From positions 64,001-128,000 of the forward strand of contig JAZDNF010000001.1 in NCBI GenBank assembly GCA_043800255.1: 64,000 bases of DNA. Direction: 5' to 3'. Below, piece by piece: positions 9,187 to 18,593 of this stretch; the first letter of the stretch is position 1; the number at the start of each line of letters is the position of its first letter. The stretch comes from Candidatus Altiarchaeota archaeon. GTDB lineage: Archaea; Altiarchaeota; Altiarchaeia; IMC4; SCGC-AAA252-I15. Position numbers and translations under genes: made by a program. The notes under the pieces were generated by a model. It was not told the origin of the DNA and did no database searches. It saw only the letters and a list, made by a program, of their open reading frames with translations.

Positions 9187-10765
9187 CTCTCACCCTATAA
9201 TTTGAAAGCCCAACGCTGTAGTATCTCCTGAAGAAGGTGCTGAGTTCATCGTCCAGTTCTTTGTTGTCAACTTTCCTGTCAGTGTGCTTTGTAACGCCCT
9301 TGAACGATTTTGCCACAACGCCGTCCTTGACGACAAGTTCGCCCTTTATCACTGAGTAATCTGCCTTGGTGAAGCCCTCCTCTATCCCGTTGCTTAAGTC
9401 ATAGACCGCGAAGCCGGCTTCCGCTCCCTCCCTTATCCCGTCATACTTGAGCCCCAGTATCCTGGCCGGGGTGCTCCTAGTGACTTTGGCTATCTCATAG
9501 AGCGTGTACTCCCTGTCCAGGCTCAGGAGCGTTGTCTTCTTCTCAAAGGCGGGGTTCAGGGTTTTCGCGTACTCTTCCCTCCCTTTCCTGCTCATCAGCC
9601 ACTCGATTATCCTGGGATACCTTATGTAGGGCCCAGCGTTTGGGTGGTCTGTTGACAGGCAGACCCTGTCAAGGTCCTCGGCCAACAGCATCAGCTCCAG
9701 TCCAACAGCCCATTGGGTGGAGTTGACTGGGTTCTTGCTGGAGTAGTGTATTGGGACTATGCCTGCGCCGTGCTCCAGCTCGACGTCGCCTGAAGTCCAC
9801 TTCTCGTGTATCAGCTTCGAAAGGTATTGTTCGAAGGGGCTGTCAGCGGTGAGCGTCGTAGTGTAGTCCAGTGTTATCTGGCCGACGTCGAACGTTATCC
9901 TCTTGTCCTTATTGACGTGCTTCATTATCTCATCAGTCTTGGAGCAGAATTCCTTCCACGAGTCTCCGCCGTAGCTGTTGAACTGCAGGTGGGTCACGTG
10001 CATTCTCTTCTCTGTCAGGCTCATCTCCTCGAGCGCTGACATATAATTCCCATAATAGCCCATCCCGTTCAAGTGTATGTGTATCGGGTGGGGGAGCTCT
10101 AGCTCGTTGTTCGCCCTCTCCAGGTTTCTTATTATGTCCGATGGTGTGATGTCAAGTTTCGGTATCATTGAGTCAGGTTTAGTCTTCTTCTGGTTCCAAA
10201 CCCATGAGAGGAACGCTCCAGGAGCTACGAGCTTTATCCCGTACGTTTTCGTCCTGTCAAGCATCCATGCGACATAATCGGTTAACTTCTCCGTCTCACC
10301 CCTCCTTATGAAATCAGCCACCAGGTAGTTGTTGCCAAGCATCAGGAGCCCGACCTTGTCCATGAGCGGTATGTCGTTCACCTCGTGATGGTAGTGTTTC
10401 ACCTTGAGGGGCGAGACGTCCGGGACGCAGAGTGTGCTATAACCCATAAGCGCGTACTGGTATCCTGTGAGGAACGTTGAGGGGCATGAGAACCCGGAAC
10501 CTGAACGGAGGCTCCCTCTGGACTCCAAGACAACGCTCTTGTCTTCAGGCCGCATCATCCTCGCGGCGTTCACAGCCGAGCCTGCTACGTGGGTGTGAAT
10601 GTCAACGCCTGAAGGCATGAGCACCTTGCCCTTCGCGTCTATGACCTCAGGCTTCCCCTTCGCCTTTCCAACGATCCTGCCATTCTCGACGAGGACGCTC
10701 ATCACCTCCCCGTCTATCTTGTTGACTGGGTCGTAGACTTTTGCGTTTCTGAACTCTAAGGCCAT
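9167..10765 (-). CDS. fwdA: Formylmethanofuran dehydrogenase subunit A
   Basis: Start MALEFRNAKVYDP; DIHTHVAG, PIHIHLN, HVTHLQF, QWAVGLEL, STDHPNAGP. Confidence 0.93.
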   Translation of the reverse strand: MALEFRNAKVYDPVNKIDGEVMSVLVENGRIVGKAKGKPEVIDAKGKVLMPSGVDIHTHVAGSAVNAARMMRPEDKSVVLESRGSLRSGSGFSCPSTFLTGYQYALMGYSTLCVPDVSPLKVKHYHHEVNDIPLMDKVGLLMLGNNYLVADFIRRGETEKLTDYVAWMLDRTKTYGIKLVAPGAFLSWVWNQKKTKPDSMIPKLDITPSDIIRNLERANNELELPHPIHIHLNGMGYYGNYMSALEEMSLTEKRMHVTHLQFNSYGGDSWKEFCSKTDEIMKHVNKDKRITFDVGQITLDYTTTLTADSPFEQYLSKLIHEKWTSGDVELEHGAGIVPIHYSSKNPVNSTQWAVGLELMLLAEDLDRVCLSTDHPNAGPYIRYPRIIEWLMSRKGREEYAKTLNPAFEKKTTLLSLDREYTLYEIAKVTRSTPARILGLKYDGIREGAEAGFAVYDLSNGIEEGFTKADYSVIKGELVVKDGVVAKSFKGVTKHTDRKVDNKELDDELSTFFRRYYSVGLSNYRVRDEDVNN

Positions 10766-10766
10766 C

Positions 10767-11219
10767 TTATGCGAAATCCAGTGCATCATAGGGGCAGGAG
10801 TCAGCGCATATCCTGCACTTCTTGTCATCGCCGAAGCGCCTGCACTTTTTCAGGTTCACTATCCTGACTTTGCCCTTGGCGACCCTCAACACGACGTCCT
10901 CGCTCTCAGGGTCTTTGCCTCCTCCGGCGCTCGGGTCATGCATCGCTGACACGGGGCACGCTATCACGCAGTTCCCGCAGCCAGTGCACCTGTCCTCGTT
11001 TATTATTATGCCAGTCTCCTCAGACTTAGCCCTGCCTGAGAGCATGGTCTCAAGCTCTTTCTTATGCTTTGAGAAGCTCTCTTGGAGTATCGGAGTGCAT
11101 TCGACAATCTTCGCATCTCCCTTGAGCAGCTTTGACGCGAATCCCATGCACGTGTCTACTCCGCATTTCCCGCAGTTCAGGCCGGGCAGCTTTTTGTAGA
11201 CTTCCATCAGGTTTACCAT
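10767..11219 (-). CDS. Fe-S protein: N-terminal RnfB/CdhE-type Fe-S domain plus FwdG-like ferredoxin
   Basis: LPGLNCGKCGVDTC..FA..ECTP, then CTGCGNCVIACP and C..CRICADSCP. Confidence 0.8.
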   Translation of the reverse strand: MVNLMEVYKKLPGLNCGKCGVDTCMGFASKLLKGDAKIVECTPILQESFSKHKKELETMLSGRAKSEETGIIINEDRCTGCGNCVIACPVSAMHDPSAGGGKDPESEDVVLRVAKGKVRIVNLKKCRRFGDDKKCRICADSCPYDALDFA

Positions 11220-11223
11220 CCTC

Positions 11224-12588
11224 TTACCTCCATTTCTCCTTCACGAACTTCCCTATCTCGGACGAGTCTCTCGGGCCTATGAGGACTTCCCATCCTGTCT
11301 CATCTTCTATTGTTCCTCTGATCTGCGAGGCGAACATCGGCAGTATAAGCTTCCTGTGCTTTACCTTATCTGCAAGCTTGCTGTTTTCGATGGCCTCCCT
11401 TATCTTCGACCCTGACAGGTCTCCTGTCGCGATTGCAGTGTCGACCGCAAAACCTTTGGTTCCTACAACCAGAAGGTAGCTGTCTATGCTGCTCTTCTGC
11501 AGGTCTCCAGCCACTGTGAAATACGTCAGGGAGAAGTTGGTTGTCACAAAGACAGGCGAATTCTCGCCCGGCTTTCCTATCTCATACAGCTTAGCATCCA
11601 CCTCAGGTTCCGTCCTCGGGTCAGTGTATATGTTCTGCCTCAGCGTCAGCATGTGAATCAGCGACCACGGCTCTATGGAGTGGACCACTATCAGGGATGC
11701 GAACCTTGACAGCAGAGCGCATGCCAGGACAGTCTCATAGTATGCTGCCATTATTCTGTCCTTTGTGCCGGTCCAGGCTATTGCAGGCACTCCCATAAGA
11801 GGATAGCCGAGTTCCCTGACGTTCTTTACAGCCGACTTCCTGAGCATCGTGAAACCTTCAATGGTGTTCTTGAGGCCTGAGCCTACAGGCATCGTCCCAG
11901 GGTCTAAGACTACGTTATCGTGGCCCAGATTGGAAGCTATGCTGCCGAGCATGTCGAAATCGTTGGAATAGACTGCCATGGGCGCGTTGTACCTCTCTGA
12001 GAGGGCGTTAACCTTCTCCCAGTTTTTCTCGTTGGCTGCGTAAATCAGAGGCCGCCTGCCATCGAGCTTTTTGAGGCCTGCCTCCAGCGCTTTCGGGTCG
12101 AAGGAGCACAATACCATCGGACCGTTAAAGCTCTTAGCGACTCTCTCGACCGTTTTAGCGTATTTTTCAGGATTTTTGGATGCGCATCTCACTGCTATGG
12201 CATCCAGTCTAAGTTTCTCCCCAATCCTCTCCAGCACGAAGTTCTTGACAAAGTTGATTCTGCCGTCTATCTCGGCGTCGGGCATGGTATCGCTGACGTC
12301 GACCGCTATCCTGCAGGGGTTGAAGAACTTCAGCTCGTGCCTGTACATGACCTCCTCGCCCCCCAATGTCATCCCCTCAGGATGGCCGAATCTGACCTCC
12401 TTGACAGGGGGAGTGACCATGTCCATCAGCTTCCCGAGGTTCTCCTTGACTATGTACGGGCACTCGCCCAGCTTCCGCCCCCTGTCTATGAGCTTTATGG
12501 CGAAGCTCATGCACGTGTTCTCCCCGCAGTCCTTGCAGTTCGTCTTCGGCAGGAGCTTGTAGAGCTCCATTGCGGTTGTTCTGGGCAT
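11224..12588 (-). CDS. cdhE: CODH/ACS complex gamma subunit (corrinoid Fe-S protein large subunit)
   Basis: LPKTNCKDCGENTCMSFA..CP, GGEEVMYRHE, LRQNIYTDP, VTTNFSLTYF, GPRDSS. Confidence 0.95.
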   Translation of the reverse strand: MPRTTAMELYKLLPKTNCKDCGENTCMSFAIKLIDRGRKLGECPYIVKENLGKLMDMVTPPVKEVRFGHPEGMTLGGEEVMYRHELKFFNPCRIAVDVSDTMPDAEIDGRINFVKNFVLERIGEKLRLDAIAVRCASKNPEKYAKTVERVAKSFNGPMVLCSFDPKALEAGLKKLDGRRPLIYAANEKNWEKVNALSERYNAPMAVYSNDFDMLGSIASNLGHDNVVLDPGTMPVGSGLKNTIEGFTMLRKSAVKNVRELGYPLMGVPAIAWTGTKDRIMAAYYETVLACALLSRFASLIVVHSIEPWSLIHMLTLRQNIYTDPRTEPEVDAKLYEIGKPGENSPVFVTTNFSLTYFTVAGDLQKSSIDSYLLVVGTKGFAVDTAIATGDLSGSKIREAIENSKLADKVKHRKLILPMFASQIRGTIEDETGWEVLIGPRDSSEIGKFVKEKWR

Positions 12589-13742
12589 TATCCCATCACC
12601 ACCCAATCCTCGTAATCTAGTTCAGGCTTTTTCTTCTCGTCCCAGAAGAGGTTTATGACCTCCTTCACGGATGCTATCGCAGCAGGGTGGAGCATCATGT
12701 ACAAATCAGTCCCAGAGAAGAGCGCAATGATCCCTGTTATCGTCTCCCAGAGGGGGCCTCTCAGCTCCTTGGGGCCCAATGCTGGGTCTTTTATCCACGC
12801 CTCTCTGGCGCTCCACGCGTTCGAGACTCCTGCCATTATCGGCATGGCGAGGTCCTTGTCGCCTTTCAGGGCAGACAGCCTTATCCTCTCCATCGTGCTG
12901 ATTGAGTACTCTATCCCATAGCCGAGGGAGGCCATGTTCGGGTCCATTATTATCCTGTCTGCAGGAAGGCCTCCCTTCATGATTTTCTTGTTCATCTGTT
13001 TCATCCCTGGGACGTCCATCGAAACCAGTGACAGTATCAGATGGTTGTGCTCTACCGCTGCCTTTACTACTGTCTCGTATCCCATGCCTGGCGAGACTGA
13101 GGATATGAGTACCCTCTCCCCTGACGCCGCCTCGGCGGCCTTTGTCAGGACTTCAGCGTCCTTCTCATAGTTTCCTGAGCCTGATATTATTATCGGGACT
13201 TTCACAGCCTGTAGGACGTCTTCAACGGTTTTAACCGCATCCTTCGCAGGCCTGTTCCACAGGTTCGGGTCTGTGCTCACCAAATGAAGCGTGACCATGT
13301 CTGCGCCGAAGTCTTTGACCTGTTTTTTCGCCCACTCCGCCGGATCTTTCATCGCATCGCCAAAATTCTCCTTGACGAATCCTGGCAGCCTGAAGGGCAC
13401 GTCGAAGACGTCGTGGCTTATTATCGGCTTGTTGGGCATCTTCCCCTCGAAGAAGTAAAGTGGTGGTGCGGTCTCCCCGCCTATCCTGAGCGTCTTACCC
13501 CTTGTGCCTCCTTCAGAGCTTGTTGCTCCCAGCGTGACCTCATGTACCCTGTTAGCGTACGATTCTGCAGGAATCTGGAACCTGAACTTCCTCTCAACCT
13601 GTTTAGCCTTCTCGACTGCCTTCCTCACGCTCTGCATTATGGCGTGCGGCATCAGCCCAAGCTCTATCTCCTCCGCCTCGAGGTTGAAGTCCTCTATCTC
13701 AAGCTCCTCAATGCCTTTCAGTATGTCCTCTATGTCTATCAT
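12588..13742 (-). CDS. cdhD: CODH/ACS complex delta subunit (corrinoid Fe-S protein small subunit)
   Basis: EGGTR..IGGE, DPAEWAK, LHLVSTDP, GSGN.EKD, LGYGIEYS, NAWSAREAW, RGPLWE, MLHP. Confidence 0.95.
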   Translation of the reverse strand: MIDIEDILKGIEELEIEDFNLEAEEIELGLMPHAIMQSVRKAVEKAKQVERKFRFQIPAESYANRVHEVTLGATSSEGGTRGKTLRIGGETAPPLYFFEGKMPNKPIISHDVFDVPFRLPGFVKENFGDAMKDPAEWAKKQVKDFGADMVTLHLVSTDPNLWNRPAKDAVKTVEDVLQAVKVPIIISGSGNYEKDAEVLTKAAEAASGERVLISSVSPGMGYETVVKAAVEHNHLILSLVSMDVPGMKQMNKKIMKGGLPADRIIMDPNMASLGYGIEYSISTMERIRLSALKGDKDLAMPIMAGVSNAWSAREAWIKDPALGPKELRGPLWETITGIIALFSGTDLYMMLHPAAIASVKEVINLFWDEKKKPELDYEDWVVMG

Positions 13743-14485
13743 GTCAGCCCCCCTGCAAAGGATGAGACGCTATTGTAAGCTTCCGAGTCTGCCGGCAGAT
13801 TTATCAGAGGCTTTCCTTCGAGGTCGTATTCTGCCACAAGCGTGTCCTCAGGTATCAGCCCTATGACGTCTATGCCAACTTCCTTCGCCTCCTTGAGCAT
13901 GAGTTCCCTGTTCCCGCTCTTCACCCTGTTCAGCACAAGGAACATGCTGTCGAACTCTATCCCCAGCTCTTTGGCAAGATCTTTTATCCTTCTAGCGGTG
14001 AGGAAACCCTTCTTTGACGGGTCTGTCACTATCAGCATGGTGTTGACGTTCTGCGTCGTCCTTCTGGACATGTGCTCCAGGCCTGCTTCGGCGTCTATGA
14101 TGCAGTAGTCGTAAGCCTGCGTGGTCTCGTCTATTATGTTCCTCAGCAGGTGGTTTATGGCGCAGTAGCATCCCGGCCCTTCAGGCCTGCCCATGACGAT
14201 GAGGTCGAATCCGTCCTCCTCCACTGTTATCTCGAAGACCTTGGAGGACAGGTGTTTCTCCTTCTCAACTCCCGGGGGGAGTTTCTCGCTGAGGAGGTCT
14301 TCCCTTATGTCGCCTACTGTCTTCTCGAATTTCACGTTCAAGGATTCGGCCAGGTTGGAGTCTGGGTCTGCGTCTATGGCAAGCAGACTTCCTTTGCCGC
14401 TCTCCTTTATCGCTCTCACCAATAAAGCGGAGAGCAGCGTCTTCCCGACCCCTCCCTTGCCTGATACTGCTATTATCTTTACCAT
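13739..14485 (-). CDS. cooC: CooC/AcsF-type Ni-insertion ATPase
   Basis: GKGGVGKT, IDADPDSNL, GRPEGPGCYC, DAEAGLEHMSRRT. Confidence 0.92.
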   Translation of the reverse strand: MVKIIAVSGKGGVGKTLLSALLVRAIKESGKGSLLAIDADPDSNLAESLNVKFEKTVGDIREDLLSEKLPPGVEKEKHLSSKVFEITVEEDGFDLIVMGRPEGPGCYCAINHLLRNIIDETTQAYDYCIIDAEAGLEHMSRRTTQNVNTMLIVTDPSKKGFLTARRIKDLAKELGIEFDSMFLVLNRVKSGNRELMLKEAKEVGIDVIGLIPEDTLVAEYDLEGKPLINLPADSEAYNSVSSFAGGLT

Positions 14486-15873
14486 TATCTTTTCTTGTCG
14501 ACTTTTTTGATTATCACCTTTTCAGCGTGTATTTTGGCGTTCTTCAGTATTATCCTGAAGCCGCCTGCAGCCGGAAGCGCCAGCGTGGGGGCTGATATCA
14601 CCTCCTGGCCCTGGGGGAAGTCCAAGGTCTCACCAGCCTTCTCCTTTGGAGCCTCCTCTATGTCCTCCTTTTGTCTGCTCATCAGGGGGTGTTTTTTCTC
14701 CTTCAGGAAGGTTTTCAGCTCCTCCATGCCTTTGACTTCGTTCTCTGTCGGTATCTTCTCGAACAACTCCTTTGGGATCGCATCAGCCATCCTCTCCTTC
14801 ACGTTGGACGGCATCCAGGCTATCCTGTTCCATCCGCCGTCTGCTGAGAGGAACTTGTCAGAGTGCATCCACTGCAGGCCGAAGCCGAGGAAGCCTTCGG
14901 TCTGGATCCCTCCTCCGGACTGGCTTGCCATGGTCGAAAACTTCAGGCCGTTGACGGTCTCCCCCTTGAAGTTCCTGTCCAGCACTCCTATGCCATCCAC
15001 CTCTGGAATGTAGAATGCTATCGCCTCGAAGCATCCGCATGATGTGTGGGGCTTGTCGAACATGCTGTACATCTGGAACCTCTCGTTGGCTCCGTTCGAC
15101 CCCTCTTTCACGGCATCGTTCACGCCGGAGTATTCTCCCTTCTCCTCATCGATTGTTTCCCCTTTCACTACCTTATAGATGGGCCCGTCTGGTTCGACCC
15201 TTGCCGCCGCGCTGGCGTCTATCCAGCTTATGGCGCCGCAGAGTGACGTCCTCTGGGGGCTTATCATGCATATGTGATTGGGTGCGAAGGACTGGCATAG
15301 CGTGCATGCGTAGAAGTCTTCCACGTCCTTGTCCTTCATGCCTCTTACTCTCACGTCTCTGCTCTCGTAGACTTTTAGGGCTTTATTGTAGAATTCTTCC
15401 ACTTTTTTCTCGTCCGTTATGAACGTTATCTGCATCTTCTGGATGAATGGCAGCTCCTTCTTGAACAGGTCCATCAAGGCCCCTCCTATGTGCTTGAAGG
15501 TGAGGCCTTTCTTCTTCGCCTCCTTGCTCACCCTGATCCAGATGTCATACCTCTGGTTCAGGTGCATCACGCCTTGAATGTAATTCATGAAATCGTGGTT
15601 CCTCCTCTCTATCACAGGCTCTAAGTCGCTGTCAATCTCCTTGCCGTAGACTTCAAGGTATATCCCAAGCGGCTGTTTGCTGCCTTCTTCGAAGTCGCCT
15701 ATGTCCTTCCCGACGACCTCGACTTTTCCGTCCTCAATCTCCTTTTCAGGCTTAACCTGGGTGAGTTCCGCCTTGTACTTCACTTTCGGGCCTCCGAACT
15801 CGACCTGCGTGTCAGGCCCCCTGATACGCTCCCCCTCGTATATTATCCCAACGTCCACTGGAATCTTAATCAT
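14485..15873 (-). CDS. cdhC: Acetyl-CoA synthase (CODH/ACS beta subunit)
   Basis: YEGERIR, MHLNQRYDIW, CTLCQSFAPNH, SLCGA, PHTSCGCFE (A-cluster ligands), DGGWNRIAWMP. Confidence 0.96.
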   Translation of the reverse strand: MIKIPVDVGIIYEGERIRGPDTQVEFGGPKVKYKAELTQVKPEKEIEDGKVEVVGKDIGDFEEGSKQPLGIYLEVYGKEIDSDLEPVIERRNHDFMNYIQGVMHLNQRYDIWIRVSKEAKKKGLTFKHIGGALMDLFKKELPFIQKMQITFITDEKKVEEFYNKALKVYESRDVRVRGMKDKDVEDFYACTLCQSFAPNHICMISPQRTSLCGAISWIDASAAARVEPDGPIYKVVKGETIDEEKGEYSGVNDAVKEGSNGANERFQMYSMFDKPHTSCGCFEAIAFYIPEVDGIGVLDRNFKGETVNGLKFSTMASQSGGGIQTEGFLGFGLQWMHSDKFLSADGGWNRIAWMPSNVKERMADAIPKELFEKIPTENEVKGMEELKTFLKEKKHPLMSRQKEDIEEAPKEKAGETLDFPQGQEVISAPTLALPAAGGFRIILKNAKIHAEKVIIKKVDKKR

Positions 15874-18416
15874 CCTTTCGCACCTCCTGAGAGTCTTTCT
15901 AATAGTGTCGGGTCTGGTATCCTTTCGACCGGCGTCCAGCCCTGCTTTTTCAATACCTTTAGTATCTTGTCTTTGATTGTGGTCGGTATGTCCTTCTCGG
16001 TCCTAACGAGCCTGTGCAGGTCGTCCGGGACCCTGTTGTAATACTTCTCATGGAGGTTTATGTAGTGGGCAAGCTTTATCTGCCTGCCTTTGACGCCGTC
16101 CGACGCCCTCATGCACAGTTTCGGGATCAGCGTCATGACCTCCTCCTTAGTCTCTGCAACGTATGAGAGATGCTCCGGAACAGGCCCCACGTCGTATTTG
16201 CCGGGGCCTCTCGTATCGAAGACTGTCCAGTCTGTTTTGTCGTCGCTTCTCAGTTCCTTCCTGTATTTTTTGCCGGATGGCCCCCATATCACCGGGATGC
16301 CCAGTCTCATGACGCCGGCGCCTATGGAAACGGCTTTGGGCGACATGGTGCCCCAGACGAGGCCCACCGCCCCGATCCTGTTGTGGACGTAGTCTGCTAT
16401 CTCCTCGAAGTTGCCTCTAATCTTTCTCCTGCCGAAGAGCGAGGCAACCTTTATCGCGGCCCCTGTTATGTGGGAGTTGCTGACGCATGACCCAACGTTG
16501 ACCAGGTTGCCGGCTTCGAACTTGCCGCCGTATTTCTCATACAGGTTGTTTGTCCCGCTGTAGTCTGTCGCGAGCGCCATCGCAGAGCAGCCTGAGGTTG
16601 CCACTATGAAGTTTCTTTTCAGGAATTCTTCCATCATCTCGCCAAGCTCTCTGCCGCCGTTCGGCCAGAGCGAGCATCCTACAGGGGCTATGATGCCCGG
16701 TATTTCGCCGAACACCAGGGGGGCGCCGACTTCCCTTATCTCTATGTCCTGTATCGGCCCCCTTCCCGGGTTGATTTTTGCCTTGTCATTCATGAACTTG
16801 CTCTTGTATATGTCGGAGAATATCGAGACTATCGGTATCCTCTGCGGGCAGTATGATTCGCATCTCCCGCAGAAGACGCACTTGTGCAGGTAAGCCATCA
16901 GCTCCTCCTCGCTGAGCGGTTTCTCGCTTTTTCTGTCTGAGCCCCTCTTCTTTATGTCTTCGATAGCGTCTTTTGAGAGTGAATAGTACATCTCCTTCCC
17001 GCTTTTTGTTTTTCCCAGCCCTTTTATCTCGTCCAGCATCCTGTAGATGTACTGTCTTGACACTCCAAGTTTGTCTGAGAGTTCTGTCGGGGTGTAGGCG
17101 TTCTCCTTCAGGAGCACGTTCATCGCAGCCTTCAATGTGCTGCCTCCTTCCTCGGTGGTGACGTCCACATCGTGCAGTTTGAGGCATCTCATCCGTATGC
17201 TCCTTATCATCCCTCTGACGTCGTTGCCGACGGGGCATGCTTGGACGCATAGGCCGCATGCGGTGCACTTCTGGCTTTCCTCTGCGTAGTCGATTTTCAC
17301 TGCCTTTTTGCTCTTGTGAATCCTGATGGCGGTCTTTGCCGCGATTTCCCCGGCCTTCTCAAGGTCTGGGATGTAGGCGCCTTTTATCTGCCTGCTTGCC
17401 AGTTTCTCAACCACTGTGTCAGGGTTCTCCTTAGAAAGGTCTGGCAGGCCTCCGACATTGTTGTCTGATGCTGTTATAACCGGTATTCCAAGTTTTGAGG
17501 CGTTCTCTATGGTGTCCACTCTCACGCACTGTTCGTCTGTCACTATGACGTCCGCTATCCCGGACCTGACGTACGGCAGCTGGTATGAAAGCTGCCCTAT
17601 CACCTTTGTTTTCCTGTTGTATCTCGCCAGGTCCAGTGCAGTGCAGCATATTCCTGCGACTTCCACGTCAATGTTGTTCTCCGTAACGTAGTCTATGATC
17701 TCGACTCCTGTCACCACGTTGTGGCCTATGCAGAGTATTACCGGCTTCTTGTTGTCTGCGGTGCTGAATCCTATCTCTGCGTGCTCTACCTCCTGCTCCC
17801 CCCTGGGCAGGTTCAACGCGACAATCTGGGTTATGTCCGCTATTTCCATGCCAAGGTGGTCTAACATCCCGGCGTGCAGCGTTTTTGAGCTGAAGTCGAG
17901 TTCGCTTGATTCCTGTCCCATGTGCAGGGACGACGTCAGCTGAGTGAGCTGTTCTTCTACATAGCTTAATGGCTTCTCCAGGTCTCCCAGAGTCTTCGGC
18001 CTTATGCCGTATACGAGTTGCGTCCACGGTGCCTGCATCTCAGAGCCTGCCGCCGGGTCAAGTTTCAGGTCTCTGCCGTATTTTTTTGTCAGGCTGTCTA
18101 GGCCGTGTCTGGCGTGTGCCGTGTGCGCCGCCGCGCCGATTACTGCCAGCAGGAGGTTTTCCCTTGCCATCTGCGTGTTCAGGTTGATTCCGCACGCTCC
18201 TCGCCTGTTGGCGTTGAGGTCGCATGGTCCGTAGGCACAGAGGAAGCATTGCTTGAGGTAGGTGTGGTACTTTGGCTTATACCTCCTGAGGAGTTTCTCG
18301 TCCCATCCTCTGAGGTCTGTGACCTTTGGTTTCATGTTGGGGCCAATTGGCTCCCAGTCATCATCTTCCAAAACTTCCCCTATTGTTATCCTTACGTTTT
18401 CTCCGTCAATCTTCAT
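15870..18416 (-). CDS. cdhA: CO dehydrogenase (CODH/ACS alpha subunit) with internal wHTH-like insertion
   Basis: WEPIGP, CxxCxxGPCDL..GACG, AHTAHARH, C-cluster IGHN/GICCT/DEQC/VGCS/SGCSA/GSCVSN, two CxxCxxCxxxCP separated by 117 aa, C-terminal PDPT. Confidence 0.95.
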   Translation of the reverse strand: MKIDGENVRITIGEVLEDDDWEPIGPNMKPKVTDLRGWDEKLLRRYKPKYHTYLKQCFLCAYGPCDLNANRRGACGINLNTQMARENLLLAVIGAAAHTAHARHGLDSLTKKYGRDLKLDPAAGSEMQAPWTQLVYGIRPKTLGDLEKPLSYVEEQLTQLTSSLHMGQESSELDFSSKTLHAGMLDHLGMEIADITQIVALNLPRGEQEVEHAEIGFSTADNKKPVILCIGHNVVTGVEIIDYVTENNIDVEVAGICCTALDLARYNRKTKVIGQLSYQLPYVRSGIADVIVTDEQCVRVDTIENASKLGIPVITASDNNVGGLPDLSKENPDTVVEKLASRQIKGAYIPDLEKAGEIAAKTAIRIHKSKKAVKIDYAEESQKCTACGLCVQACPVGNDVRGMIRSIRMRCLKLHDVDVTTEEGGSTLKAAMNVLLKENAYTPTELSDKLGVSRQYIYRMLDEIKGLGKTKSGKEMYYSLSKDAIEDIKKRGSDRKSEKPLSEEELMAYLHKCVFCGRCESYCPQRIPIVSIFSDIYKSKFMNDKAKINPGRGPIQDIEIREVGAPLVFGEIPGIIAPVGCSLWPNGGRELGEMMEEFLKRNFIVATSGCSAMALATDYSGTNNLYEKYGGKFEAGNLVNVGSCVSNSHITGAAIKVASLFGRRKIRGNFEEIADYVHNRIGAVGLVWGTMSPKAVSIGAGVMRLGIPVIWGPSGKKYRKELRSDDKTDWTVFDTRGPGKYDVGPVPEHLSYVAETKEEVMTLIPKLCMRASDGVKGRQIKLAHYINLHEKYYNRVPDDLHRLVRTEKDIPTTIKDKILKVLKKQGWTPVERIPDPTLLERLSGGAKG

Positions 18417-18591
18417 CTTTCTCAACTTCTGTCGTGTGGTTCATGAAGTCTATCTTCTTTATCCTGCAGTTTTCCAGCTCTGTTTTTTTACCGAGAATGT
18501 CTGAGATTATCAGTTTCCTGTCAGATATTGTTATCCTGGCAGCTTCTTTTACTATCTCTTCCCCGTCTAATACCACCTTTGATTCGCACAT
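18406..18591 (-). CDS. cooT: CooT-family nickel-binding protein
   Basis: 61 aa, MCES N-terminus (Cys2), DILG, IKKIDFMNH; first gene of the cdh operon. Confidence 0.8.
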   Translation of the reverse strand: MCESKVVLDGEEIVKEAARITISDRKLIISDILGKKTELENCRIKKIDFMNHTTEVEKDED

Positions 18592-18593
18592 CC

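Noticed and set aside
16881-17231. CdhA insertion as an intein or mobile element
   Set aside because: No C-terminal HN-C/S/T splice junction, no LAGLIDADG motif and no terminal repeats seen; the sequence reads as a wHTH
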